Source of the DNA: Diadema setosum
Lineage: Eukaryota
Assembly (NCBI RefSeq): GCF_964275005.1
Contig: NC_092698.1
Span: 38,600,639-38,664,638 of the forward strand
DNA length: 64,000 bases
Reading direction: 5' to 3'
Shown here: in pieces, positions 38,653 to 51,579 of the stretch
Layout of the letters: the number at the start of each line of letters is the position of its first letter
Position numbering within the stretch: the first letter of the stretch is position 1
The notes under the pieces: model-generated
What the model was told of the DNA's origin: nothing
What the model saw: the letters and a program-made list of their open reading frames with translations, nothing else
Database searches by the model: none
Position numbers and translations under genes: made by a program

Positions 38653-39603
38653 CATCATCATTGAATTATTGCATTGCCATTACAAAACAGTCATTGTATA
38701 CATTCAGGTCACTTGGAATTCTTTCCTCCTTTTATGGTTGTGTTGTTTTATTGGTGAAGTTGGAAAAGATAAATAAAGCAAAGAAGTTAATTGCAATCCA
38801 GAGGAGAAAAATGGGCAAGCTGGAAAGTAAATGGAAGGACATAATTATGTAATGAAGAGCACTCTTAATATGGCTGCATTATTTATATTGAGTTTGTCTT
38901 ATGTTGAGAAACATGGTGTGGAGAATTTGGAGATTTTTTTTTCAGATCCGTATGTAACAATTAAGAAGCAGAGAACACCAACTACCTTGATTGTATCAAG
39001 TAATGTATTTTTTAATATGATTTGTATGTTTTTATCTTTTATATGCAATTGGAAAATGACACCAAATCAAAGAGAGAGGGAGAAAATAAAAGGACGATTA
39101 AGCAATGTGAACAAGGAGAACTGAAACAACTGGCATGATAATAAACCGAGTCAAATAACTCATATCACGGAACACCCTACAAACATTGCAAAAACCCATT
39201 AGCGGGTTAATTAGTTTGTTCTTGTGAATGAAGCATGCATGTACACGTGCAAATATTTACATTGGCAAGTACAACGACAAAAGATATTGTGGATCGTGAA
39301 AGCATTGCCCTAACAGAGAGTATATTAGTTTATTGATTATGAAATTGAGAAGTCATGTCATGGTACTTGCACTTGAACACCGCGGAAATTCTCTGACTGG
39401 TAAATTCGCAGACCTGTACAACAAAGTGTAAGTGTACGTGTCTTGGTGCGGTATATTTGAAATTGTGTGTCACATTAATTTTCTCCGCTCAAATAAACAA
39501 TGATAATATAACAACAATATAACTTGATAAATAATGATGAGTCAACAGGTAATTATATTTCTTTTCTGTCACATTGATTACAGTTTTGTTAAAGAAAGTT
39601 TCA

Positions 39604-39768
<165 letters not shown>

Positions 39769-39920
39769 TCATGATGAAATAAAAGATACAAATTTAAGAA
39801 AATAAAAAAATGGATGGATGATGTATTCAAATATAGGCGGATAAGTACTACTAGCAATGGGTAGGTCCTTTAAGGGTTAACTGGCTGACTTATAAAGAGG
39901 AAGGAAAAAGAAAGATACTT

Positions 39921-39963
<43 letters not shown>

Positions 39964-40344
39964 GACATTTATCAAAAACATGAGATGCCACTACTCGAAA
40001 TGGTTAAATTAGAAAGATTTGATAATCTCACTTCAATACGACTTCATTTTCAATGAAGTACATGTGTTTGAACACACACACACACACACACATACATATA
40101 TCATAATTATTATTTAAAGCATTGTGTTCATGTACATATATCTGTCAGTCTTACAGTCTTATGGAAATAAGTAGACCCATATTCTTTTTAATTGTTACCG
40201 ATATCATCTGAGATATTTCCACTGAATCCTGCAATATCTTGCCACCCTACTGATCTGCATTCAATGTAAATATTCAAACAAATGGTTAATACATGAAATC
40301 AAGGAATAAATGCCATATCTATCCCAATATCAGGGTATTATTAC

Positions 40345-40422
40345 CTTCAATGTTAGTATAGACCCACTTGAGAGCTGCCACCTGATCCAGCATACCAACA
40401 TTACCAGGAGCTTCTTCATCAG
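40345..40422 (-). CDS. ChE-like-3 exon 4
   Basis: Encodes ADEEAPGNVGMLDQVAALKWVYTNIE. Acceptor ctaccag, donor gtaata. Approximate. Confidence 0.6.
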
Positions 40423-40824
40423 CTGGTAGAAAATAGGATTGAAATGAGTTATTTCTTGAAATACAGGTGAAAGTAATGTCAGGAATGACTAATCAGAACA
40501 ATGTCCGTATTTCTATGTATTACATGAGCAAATCGCTCCGTTTTATATTCATTAGTCATCTGTGGATCAATAGCGTCATTTGAACTATTTTTTGTTTAAA
40601 TCTTGTTTGGAGCGGGGATATCTGCCTACATTTTCTTCATATCTTTTCTTCTTGGGAGTCGATAGTTATTTTGGATCCATCGACAGGGTGTATTGACATG
40701 CTGTATCTTAATCTATAGCTTCTATATATTTCATTACGAATGCACTGGTCACACATGATCTAAACAGCTGTGACCAAAAAAAAAAAAAATCTTTTTTAAA
40801 TCTATATAAGTGATAGGAACTGAC

Positions 40825-40984
40825 CTGTGGTGAAAAAAGAAAAAATGTTCAGGCGGTAGTTGATAGTTACAATTATGACGTCACCAACAGAAACCAATGG
40901 GACGCCACTAAATTCCGCTGTCATCGCGGTTCCCATGGAGAAGCTGCCACCATGAATAAAGACCATGACCGCCGTGCCGTTCAT
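40825..40984 (-). CDS. ChE-like-3 exon 3
   Basis: Encodes MNGTAVMVFIHGGSFSMGTAMTAEFSGVPLVSVGDVIIVTINYRLNIFSFFTT. Anchored on ORF 40802..40993. Confidence 0.75.
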
Positions 40985-41285
40985 CTTTATCAATCAAAAC
41001 AATATAATAATTCATACATATATTACTGTATATCTGTTGGAATTATCATTCATAGCGCTGGAATTGATATCTATCACAGATAAATTATCACAAAGTAATT
41101 TCGAAGACATTAATCCTGATGGCTGATATTCTATGCTAAGAAAGATCAATGAATTTCCTCTCCATATTATGAAACAAGATTATCATGTTTAATATGCCAT
41201 CAACAAAACACATTTGTCCTAATAACTATAGACAAATAAGTGGTTAAAGGGGTTAGCATTATATTATTACATTCTGTTCTATTGG

Positions 41286-41317
<32 letters not shown>

Positions 41318-41666
41318 CATCATTATATTACAAAAGGAAACTCCGAAGCCATTCCATTTACTCTGAATGAAATTTCGAATATCCAACGAATTGTCATGTA
41401 TATGCTTCTAAAAATAAGATAATGCCTGTTTGTTTTCATTTTACACTGTGTTAGAAATAATGCTGGATATTTGAACTGATCATTTTTCTGTTTTTATTGT
41501 CAGATTCAAATCAAATTGTGCTCAATTAGTTCTTTCAATTGACACTGTATTTCATTTATGTATGAAAAAGATATTCAGAAATAAAAGCAAAATCAATCAA
41601 ATCAAACCCCATCGCTTTGCGGTAAAAAACTCTAGCGCAAAGACACTTGCCCTAGATTAATCCTAC

Positions 41667-41852
41667 CTTTGGATTAGGAGCAAACACGTTCAAATACAGA
41701 CAGTCTTCTGACATCTTCTCGACAGGAGGGAAAAAGTCAAATACACCTTGCTGACAGACAACTTCAAATTCTGTAGCGTTCCTCTCTCCTTCCCATGACG
41801 TCATACTTGTGGGTGGGGCGAATCTTTCAGGAGGGGCCGCATAAGGCACCCC
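41667..41852 (-). CDS. ChE-like-3 exon 2
   Basis: Encodes [62 protein letters not shown], then a gtagga donor. Anchored on ORF 41652..41849. Confidence 0.8.
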
Positions 41853-42470
41853 CTATATACGTTGGTAGAAATAAAACAAAAACACACAAAACACAACAAA
41901 TGCAATCAAACAAGGCTAATTCTGGGGAAATGATGCCAATGTCTCCATAGAAGTTCAGGCTTCGGTGAAGAGGGTTTTACTGTGGTTACAACATGACTAC
42001 ATAAGTAAGCTTATTTTATAACTGGAATACATCCCAAGCAATTTCATCTCATTGGTAAACTTGTCTGATTTGATTCAATGTTTTACCAGTCGACTCTATT
42101 AGTTTTTATTTTTTTTTTTTTGAAAATGGAGATAGAATCGAGTGGGTCGTGCGGCTGTCATTTTCTGTAAGTTAAGTCTTCTCTATCATGTGCTGTCAAT
42201 TGGGCATTCCAACACCTCGCTCAACGCGCTGCAAGAATGTCCCCTAGCTAAGAAGGAAGAATGTATACTAGTGTATAGGAAGTAAGGTTACGTATACATA
42301 CTTATGAACCAAAGGTAAATATGTATAGATACTAGTGTACTAAAAGATATAAAAACGTACAGATATTGCATTGTGTACTAAAAAATAAGAATGGTTACTA
42401 GTGTACTCAGTAGAAGTCAAATTGGCCTATACGATTCCACTTGAAAAAGCTGGCCCTTTTTTCAACTCAC

Positions 42471-42632
42471 CAAGAAAACGTCGACATCTCGAGTCTTGTT
42501 GATGAACTTGTTTTCACTGAAAGTAACCGTCTTTCCTACCAGAGTTCCTTCTTTCACCGTAACTCTTGGATTCTCAGCATTCAGTGGCTCGAAAATGGCA
42601 AAAATTGCCAACAAAGTCCACAATAGCTGCAT
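42471..42632 (-). CDS. ChE-like-3 exon 1
   Basis: ATG at 42632. Encodes MQLLWTLLAIFAIFEPLNAENPRVTVKEGTLVGKTVTFSENKFINKTRDVDVFL, then a gtgagt donor. Anchored on ORF 42462..42716. Confidence 0.8.
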
Positions 42633-42843
42633 CGTTTGAGAGGAACCGCGCTTGTCTTGTTTTCTTAATTGAAAAGTTACTGATTTATCCAGAGAGTCCA
42701 AGTCAATTGACTTCATGCAATCACTTGTCCTTTTAGAATAAACTTGAACAATGCTTGACTAAGGTTGTCCTACGCAAGGACTGCTTGTACAGCGCAAGAT
42801 ATTCAGACTTTGGTCACAATTTGCAGACGGACCAATAAGTGAG

Positions 42844-42863
42844 CCAATGACAAAATGACGTCA
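42844..42863. promoter_or_regulatory. Candidate CCAAT box plus perfect palindromic CRE (TGACGTCA), ~215-225 bp upstream of the ChE-like-3 start codon
   Basis: gagCCAATgacaaaaTGACGTCAaag. The same pair recurs upstream of ChE-like-4 at ~61673-61705. Confidence 0.35.
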
Positions 42864-44037
42864 AAGTTTAAGCAGGGACATGAACGCATGGAAACGTAGT
42901 CTAGTATCTATAACTGAAACAACTTCAAGCAACAAATGTCTTCAAATAGTTGGGAGTAGTTGTTGAAGCTGATCAATAAAATAAGTGCATGCTGCACTTG
43001 AATGAGAAAGATTATTAATGACGACTTTTCGTTTTCGTTTCCCCCTTTTTCTTTTTCTTTTTTTTTTTGCAACTGGTCTATCATGGCAAGACTAACTTTA
43101 GTCCGAGTAGATGGTCGATTTAAGCAGAGGCTTACTTCTTTACAAAAAGTTGTTTTGAAAAAAAGAAAACCGAATCTCAAACGGTCGTGAGAATAAATAA
43201 GTTTCACAAAGGTCGAAGTCCGCAAATTGTTTAAATACTGACAACGCTCAAGCACATCTGAATCGGGCGCATATAATATGACTGTCATCTTCTTTGATCA
43301 CGCTACAGACGTGGAAAATTTTACGGGCTCTGCGGCTTTGTCTGCCTCAGAAAGCATGACAATATTTTGAAACACTACATCATGCATGCAGTTAGTTGTA
43401 AGCTTTTTACTTTGTCATTCCATGGGTGGGCTTTATTACACTGACATTGCAAGAAAACCAGCTTGCATACCGAGTAGTTTAAATGTCAAACTATCAAATG
43501 AATCTTAACTGATGAAATGGTTTAAGACGACTTACGATATGTCCTACCACGTAGAACCGGTGTGTGTATTCTAAAATATTCAGGTTTTATACTCTTTGAT
43601 TCTTGTAATTTTAATGGAGAGATATTCCAACAGCAGGTATCCAACATTGGTGCGCATCGTTATGGAATCATAGTTTTATAAGGCGACTACGATCTTAACA
43701 AAGGGAAGTTCCTGCCCATTTTCTCTTGTTTGCATGGCTGTAGACCCTAATGTGCAATAATCTACTTCACCGTTTTATTGTTCGGCCATATAAAAGCAAC
43801 CTTGATATTCAAAAGGACAACAGTATCCATAAGACTATGCAATGAGGACTTTGTATCTTGGATAGAAGAATAATATGCAAGCATTTATATTGATGTAGGG
43901 TAATTTGTCAATCAGTTGCAATTTATCGGGAGAAACCAGAAAGCTAGTACGCCTTTTTTTTTAAGAAGAGAGAAGGATGGGAGAAAGACAAAAACAATGA
44001 AAAAATATAGAAACCCCTTTACCTAGGTGAACATACA

Positions 44038-44076
<39 letters not shown>

Positions 44077-44229
44077 AACAAACAAACACACACACACACA
44101 CAGAGAGAGAAGGACAGTACAGTACACATTTCGCTGGCCTTCAATTAAATTGTGAATTTATTCAAAGAAACTCAAAACGACATCATACATAAATAGTAGA
44201 GCGGCATAGCTTGAAAAGTGAGAGGAATT

Positions 44230-45900
44230 GTGCATTTTATGATAAAAGCACTAAATTTCGCACACATGTTGACAATTACATTAGAAATAAATTCAGATAT
44301 TGGGCCATCGAAAATAGCGCCCTCAACGGCCATGGCAGCCATTTTTCAAAATGGCCGCCATAAATGCAATTTTTCGTAAAAAGATTACAAATTTCAGGAG
44401 GGAAAATCAATACGATTTTGCAAACGAGTGGAAAATAACATTCAAAATAAATTTAGATATTGGGCCATCGTAAATTACGCCCTCAACGGTAATGGCAGCC
44501 ATTTTTCAAAATGGCCGCCATAAATGCCATTCTTCGCAAAAAATTACACAGTTCAGAAAGGAAAATCAGTAAGATTTTGCAAACAAGTGGAAAATAACAT
44601 TTAAAATAAATTTAGATATTGGGCCATCGAAAATAGCGCCCTCAACGGCCATAGCAGCCATTTTTCAAAATGGCCTCCTTAAATGCCATTTTTTAGTAAA
44701 AACTTACAAATTTCAGAAGGGAAAATCAATAAGATTTTGCAAACGTGTCGGAGATAGCATTAAAAAAAAGTTCAGATATTGGGCCATCGCAAATTGCGCC
44801 CTCAACGGCTATGGCAGGGATTTTTCAAAAAGGCCGCCATAAATGCCAGTTTTCATAAATTTTACACATTTCAGAAGGGAAAATCAATAAGATTTTGCAA
44901 ACGAGTGGGATATAACATTTGAAATAAATTCAGATATTGGACCATCGGAAATTGCGCCCCCTAACGGTCATGGCAGCCTTTTTTTCATAAATGGTCGCCA
45001 TAAATGCAATTTTTCGCAAAAAAAGTAAAAATTTCAGAAGGTAAAATCAACAAGATTTTGCAAACAAGTTGAAAATAAAATTCAAAATATATTTAGATGT
45101 TGGGCCATCGCAAATTGCGCCCTCAGCGCCAATGGCAGCCATGTTTAAAATTGGCTGCCATAAATACCACCTTTTCTCCGAATTTACTAATTCCAGAAGG
45201 AAAAGACAGTGAGATCTTGCACTCAATTTAAAAATTTCGTTTGAAATATATCTTGCGCCTATGTATTACATTGTTGTAAATAGCGCCCTCAATGGCCATT
45301 GCAGCCATTTTCAAAATGGCCACCATGGATTCCATTTTCTTTTATTTCCTGATTTCACAAAAGGAAAAGTCAATAAGATTTTGCACACAATTTGAAAATT
45401 ATGTTTGAAATAATATTTGTAATAGATTATTATAATACTGCCCTCAACGGCCATGGCCGCCATATGCCAGAATTGCTGCCATTGTCATAATCATTTTGTT
45501 TTAAAAAATGTTAATATCAGAAAGAAAAGTCAACAAATGTGTACATAAATTGAAAATCATGCTTAAAATCAAACAATATATCTAGATTGCATTAACTCTA
45601 GAAATTGTTCCTTCGCAAATTTTCAAGAAAAAAAAATGCTTATAACGGTAATTGCAGCCATTTTCCAAAATGGCTGTCATAGATGCCATTTTTCTTTAAT
45701 GAAGATGTCCTAATGCCGGAAGAAGACAGTAAACATTTTTCTTTCTTTTTTTTTGGCGCAAGTTGACAATACATATAAATAAGTTTAGACATTGGGCCAT
45801 CTTAAACTGTGTTCTCAATGGCTATTTCAGCTTTTTGTCAAAATGGCTACAATACGCTCTTCTTTTTTGTCTTGAAAATTTGCTTTAACTTCAGAAGGAG
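44230..45900. repeat. Satellite array, forward block (~160-bp unit x ~10)
   Basis: Units like ttagatattgggccatcgaaaatagcgccctcaacggccatggcagccatttttcaaaatggccgccataaatgc... with ~80-90% identity between units. Confidence 0.75.
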
Positions 45901-46439
45901 AGGACAGTAGAATACTCACAGAGACATTATATAATCTGAAATATGATGTTATGGAAATCATTTGAGGAACATTTGAAATAAACAAGGCAAATGCTTAACA
46001 TATATCTCACCAATGATGAATGCATATTTTTGGTGGCAAACATAAAAGATTTCCGAAAAAGAGTAATATGAATATCCAGGGATAATGGCGCCATGTGTTA
46101 ACTTTGACAGTAACACCATATCATTGAATATATGGGATATATGACGTGTATCTATTCTAAAATGTAACTTCCTAAATATTCTTAAAACAGATACGAAAAA
46201 ATGGCCTTTCATTTTACGATAAAAGTTAATCTACTTGCTATGTTTCCATAAAACACATACCTTTGATATCCATACTGTTAGCCGTCACACACGAAATACT
46301 GCAATTAGGACTAAACTGAAAACATGAATTTAGAACTAACCCATCAATGAAATCTCTTTGAACACCAGATTGCATTAGATATAATGGCTGTTTAGCAGTA
46401 TTCTATTGCTTTCTCCTTCTGGAATAAGCAAATAAGAAT

Positions 46440-48130
46440 AAGGAGTGTGTGGAAGCCATTTTGCCAAAGAGCTGTCATAGCCGTTGGGACGATGTTTAAA
46501 TGGTGGCTCAATATCTTCATTTCAAATTTGAATTCAAATTCAAACTTGAATTTATTTGAATGTCTTTTGTCAATTTTCACAAGAAATTATATTGTCTTCT
46601 TGTGGCATTATCATATTTTCAAGAAATAAATAACATATATAGTGGCCATTTGGAAAACGGCTGCCATGGACGTTGTAATGAACTCATATATTATTTTCTT
46701 TTGAATATGATTTTAAACATAAAGGTATGTACAAATTTCATTGGTTTTCTCTCTGAAATTAGCAAATCTTTCCAGAAAAGAAAAAAAGAAAAGAAAGAAG
46801 CAGACATCCATAGCGGTCAGCATGGCCCTTGAGGGCGCCTTCTAAGAAGACTTTACACTTAAATTTATTTCTTGAGCACAATTTTCAACTTGTTTGCAAA
46901 GTCTTATTGATTTTTCCTTCTGACATCAGCAAATTTTTGCAACAAAAAAAAAAAAGCAAAACAAGGGGGGCATCCATGGCAGCTGTTTTAAAACTTGGCT
47001 GCTATGGCTGTTGAGGGTGCACTTTTGGATGGCCTATTATCAAATTCAGTTTGAATGTAATTTTCCATCTTTGTGGGAAAAAAAAAGACATTCATGGTGG
47101 CCATTTTGAAATATGGCTGGAATGGCCACTGAGGGGGCAATTTGCAATGGCCCTATAAGTTTACTTTTGAATGTACTTTCCCACCTGTTTGCAAAATCTC
47201 GTTGGCTTTCCCTTCTGATTTTAGTAAATCTTTTCGAAAATATAGCATTTATGGCGGCCATTTTGAAAAATGGCTGTCATGACCGTTGAGGGCACAATTT
47301 CCGATGGCCTAATATCGATATTTATTTTAAATCTCATTTCCTATTTATAACCAAAATTTCATTGACTTTTCCTTTTGAAATTAGCATTTTTTAAATGAAA
47401 AAATGGCACTTATGGTGCCCATTTCGAAAAAAAAATGGCTGCCATAGCCATTGAGAGCGCAATTTTCAATTACCCAATATCTGGATTTATTTTGGATGTA
47501 ATTTCCAGCTTGTTTACAAAAAAAAAAAGACCATTGGCTTTCCCTTCTGAAATTTAAATTTTTTAACTAAAAATGGCATTTGTGGCAGCCATTTTGAAAA
47601 AAAGGCTACCATGGCCGTTGAGGGCGCAATTTCCGATGGACAAATATCTAGATTCATTTTGAATGAAATTTACATTTATGGGAAAAATTTTATTATCTTT
47701 TCCCTTCTGAAATTTGCAAAATCATCGAAGAAGTGGCACATTAGACAGCCGTTTTGAAAAATGGCTGTCATGGACGTTGAGGGCGCAATTCACAATGACC
47801 GAATATTTAGATTCATTTTGAATGTAATTTCCCACTTGTTTGCAAAATCTTACTGGCTTTCCCTTCTGAAGTTAGCAAATATTTTGAAGAAATGACATTT
47901 ATGGCGGCCATTTTGAAAAATGGCTGCCATTGCCGTTGAGGGAGCTATTTCCGATGGCCCGATATCTAGATTTATTTTGAATGTAATTTCCCATTTTTGA
48001 CCAAAATCTTATTGACTTTTCTCTCCTAAAATTAGTAAATTTTACGAAAACATGGCATTTATGGCAGCCATTTTGTAAAATGGCTGCCACGGACGTTGAG
48101 GGTGCTATTTACGATGGCCCAATATCTAGA
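46440..48130. repeat. Satellite array, inverted block (same ~160-bp unit, reverse complement, x ~10)
   Basis: Units like atggcggccattttgaaaaatggctgccatggccgttgagggcgcaatt.cgatggcc.aatat.tagattcattttgaatgtaatttcc... Together with the forward block this forms a ~3.9 kb palindrome with a centre near 46200-46440. Confidence 0.75.
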
Positions 48131-50034
48131 TTTGATCTGAACGTGATTGTCAACCTGTGTACGAAATTTGGTGCTTTTATCACAAAATGCACAATTTTTC
48201 GGCTATGCCGCTCCACTAAAACCCATATTCCATAACGTTTCCACCTGCCCGCATGTATATTACACACTAATTGATTGTCTCATTTAAAGATGCACGATAT
48301 GATACTCATTGATGAGCTGATCATTGCGGGGTGGGAAGAATGGTAAAGAAAATAATCCCTGTCTCGAGCAACATGAAAAGACAGCAGTTGTCATGGTTAT
48401 GATTGATCTTAATGAGGATCACGATCAACTAGCAAAGTGACCAGTGATCTGGGCGTCTGATCGCAACAGTCAACATCAAAGTGAAGGCTCGCCATCATGC
48501 AGAAACTCTAGTTTTTCTTGTAAAGTTCTAAATACCCCGATGAGTTTTAATAAAATCAATTAATGCAGTTGTAGTTTAAAGTTGTAATTCATAGCGTTCT
48601 CATTTTATCACTGTTTGATTCATTCATTATTCGTTCACGCATTTTCTATTCATCGGAATACGATAGTGAATACATAACGTCAACAGACAATATCACCCAT
48701 TCTCTTCTGTTCTACATTGTAAAGTCTGATGACTACTTTTCCACCAAGGCAAATTTCCGACCGTTAGAGTTGGCAAATGCAAACATAAATGTGTTTATCA
48801 CAATTGTCATGGTTGAAATACATATGATCTTGTATACTCCCTCTGTGTTGACTGGTAAACGAACTATACTCTCTGTGTAACAACGTTAAATTTTATGTAT
48901 CATCATGAAAGTTGTGATGGTGACCAGGTGTATATTGCTCTGCATCTTATTGTTCCAGTCTTAAAGATTCAATGCAGGTTTTAATTGTATGACGTTATGG
49001 GAAATATATAATGTAGGAAAGTTTAATTTGTTGTGATCATGAATGTTCACATATCTTAGTTTTTTTTTTCTTTCTCTGAAAGGTGTTTACCTTTTAACCA
49101 TTCATTCTACCATTAGCAAATTATGACATCAACAAACTTCAATGTAAATTGGACATAATTATTATGTTGTATTACACACTGAATAATTGCTGGACAAAAC
49201 CAAATAAAAACAAAACTCTCCAAGAAAACTTCAAGATGACAAGCAGGAGGAATGCATATTGACAATTCCTTTGGACTATCACCGTTGGAGAAAGTTCTGT
49301 CTTTAAGGATACTCCAGGTCAAGAAGAGATTTAAACTACTCTTGAATCATTTGATACGTCTATCATTTCCACGACTTCTGAAGTATGAATAAATGATACT
49401 TCACGGCAGAAGTCTTGGTGCATTTGCTTACTCAGGCCTTCGTTTAGGAATTTTAATCTAAGAGAGCTGTTGAGGTTCTTTTATTCAATATCGGAATGAC
49501 CACATGAGTGTCGCGTGTCCCAGTTGTTAGAATCAGATGGGCTCATATTTAATACTTTAAAAACAACTTTAAATCACTCATCAAATTTGAATAACGATCG
49601 AGGAATAAAAAAAGAAACTTAGTCATAGATGAGGAGGCACAGCCATGCCGAGATAATCATGACCCATTATGACACATTACGACCAGTAAAGTCATGTGAC
49701 TAAAACAAAGGCTCGGGCTTGAGCAGTGAAGGTTTGTCATTAACATTAGACTTTAGATTGCAATTTACATTATACTCGGAAGTTCATGAAACGTGTCATT
49801 GCTGATTTATGATAATATGTCAATATCATTTATCGTTATTTCAGACACTATAGTCTATATACACTTTATGGACTAGAAAGTAATTCTGTTTTGTAGTTTT
49901 TGAGGCAAAAGTCACTAAGGAAACTAATTTAGGTACTTGAAAAAGTGGCTTGATTATTCAAGTAAAGACATGTAGATGTACTTCGCTTTAATCGGCGAAG
50001 TGCATTCGAGGATAGTTGTGTGATTTCTCAAGAT

Positions 50035-50150
50035 TAATTGCAGGCAGGTTCATTCTTGTATTCCTCGAACGCCTGCTGCCATGCTGTCATCTCCGTCTTC
50101 CAGTCATCATAACTTTCCCGCCATTCCTTCTCAGTGTCACTCAAGTCGTC
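50035..50150 (-). CDS. ChE-like-4 exon 10 (C-terminal Trp-heptad exon, including stop)
   Basis: Encodes DDLSDTEKEWRESYDDWKTEMTAWQQAFEEYKNEPACN, then TAA. Approximate. Confidence 0.6.
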
Positions 50151-50928
50151 TGGAAAGAGAGGGAGAGAGAATGAAGAATCGATGTGATTATCAAAATTAT
50201 TGCGCTTTCCTTTTATAGCTCACATTCGCATCCTGATTTGTCAACCCGTGCGCCAACCAATGGCAAAACTAAAAAAAAACGTTTTGGAGTTGCTTTGCTG
50301 CCGACACATGTTTTTTTTTTAATCATCTCATATTCTTAATGCATTCTGTGATTGATGACATCTGTACCCTATTTCATAAAAAAAAAGAACAAGATGGCAC
50401 ATTTTGACTCTTTACCTTAGGAGACAAAGTCGATGTAAAAGAAAAAATCGAAAAGGCGAAGATGAATTACGTTATTCCACTTATTGGTCTGTTTCGAACA
50501 TGAATCAATTTTAGAACTCGATCATTAGCCTTTCTTATAACATCTGTGCGACTAGTCTGATTGACGAATAAAAGCAGCCGTCTAGTATCGAGATGATACG
50601 AAATTACATGGTGCATTGCGCACCAAACTTTCAAATCTTTGGTTTATACAAAACGAAACTTTTTGAATGTGCAAAGGGGCTGGAGTCAGCTATACTTAGC
50701 TGTAGGGTTGATTGCTTAACGATATGATGATGGTTTTAGGTCATTGGTTTTTCCTAATATCAGTGAACAATTATGGAACATACACACTGACTGACAGACA
50801 GACAGACAGACACACACACACACACACATACACACTTCCATTCCTCCACACTTGAAAACCACGGATGCAACCTGTCAAATCTAATATGTAGTATAATGAA
50901 GTGATCATGGTCTCGAAAAAAAAAATAC

Positions 50929-51110
50929 CTGTAAAAGCCACGAGGGATGGGAAGTAGTGGTTCCAGAAATGGCACTGCCTGGCTCTGACGACCCTCCCTG
51001 TGGGCAATCCTATAGCTATCTCCTTGTACGTGAGTTCAGGGATCGTGTACTCTGGCCAGGTGTACTGTCCTTCCCACAGGTCTGAATCCATGCTCGGCTT
51101 ACTGGGGTTT
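50929..51110 (-). CDS. ChE-like-4 exon 9
   Basis: Encodes NPSKPSMDSDLWEGQYTWPEYTIPELTYKEIAIGLPTGRVVRARQCHFWNHYFPSLVAFT. Anchored on ORF 50771..51139. Confidence 0.75.
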
Positions 51111-51384
51111 CTACGATACATATAATAGTTGCTATCCATTAATGCATTAAGTTCTTGTTGTTTAAGTGCCTGATCCTCACACTGTCACATGCAAAATGGA
51201 ATCAATGTTTCTAAATGCACTCAGAATTTAACTGATAAGGAATTTTGTCTTCAGTACAATACAAACAAGAACATCATCTATCCAGAACTTTTCATCACAG
51301 ATTAGAGGTATTTGTAACTTTAAAAAAAAAAGAAGAAGATATTAGCAAACTATTTCATACCAGTGAATCAAATGACTGGCTTAC

Positions 51385-51579
51385 CCGGTCTTGGCAAAGT
51401 TGGTCCAGAATTGCATCATCATAACGGAGAGGGCGTTCTCCTCGTCAGTCATGTTATGTCCTTTGACGTGGTACAGCTCATCAATGAAAGGGACGCCCCA
51501 CACAAAAGTCATTTCTTCTCCATGTGCTGCGCCAAGCCAAGGAGTGTTGGGAGTAAATCCTTCGTACTCATAGAAGCTC
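51385..51579 (-). CDS. ChE-like-4 exon 8
   Basis: Encodes KSFYEYEGFTPNTPWLGAAHGEEMTFVWGVPFIDELYHVKGHNMTDEENALSVMMMQFWTNFAKTG, then a gtaagc donor. Anchored on ORF 51381..51695. Confidence 0.8.

Noticed and set aside
46392-48090. Several 60-90 aa ORFs, e.g. 46560..46832, 47046..47261 and 47899..48090 (MAAILQNGCH...).
   Set aside because: They are generated by the satellite units. The same peptide-like strings recur with repeat periodicity.
44230-48130. The regular ~160-bp tandem repeats could be mistaken for a CRISPR array.
   Set aside because: The units are long (~160 bp) and near-identical along their whole length, with no unique spacers. They occur in two inverted blocks, and the context is eukaryotic (introns, LINEs, microsatellites). 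This is a satellite, not CRISPR.
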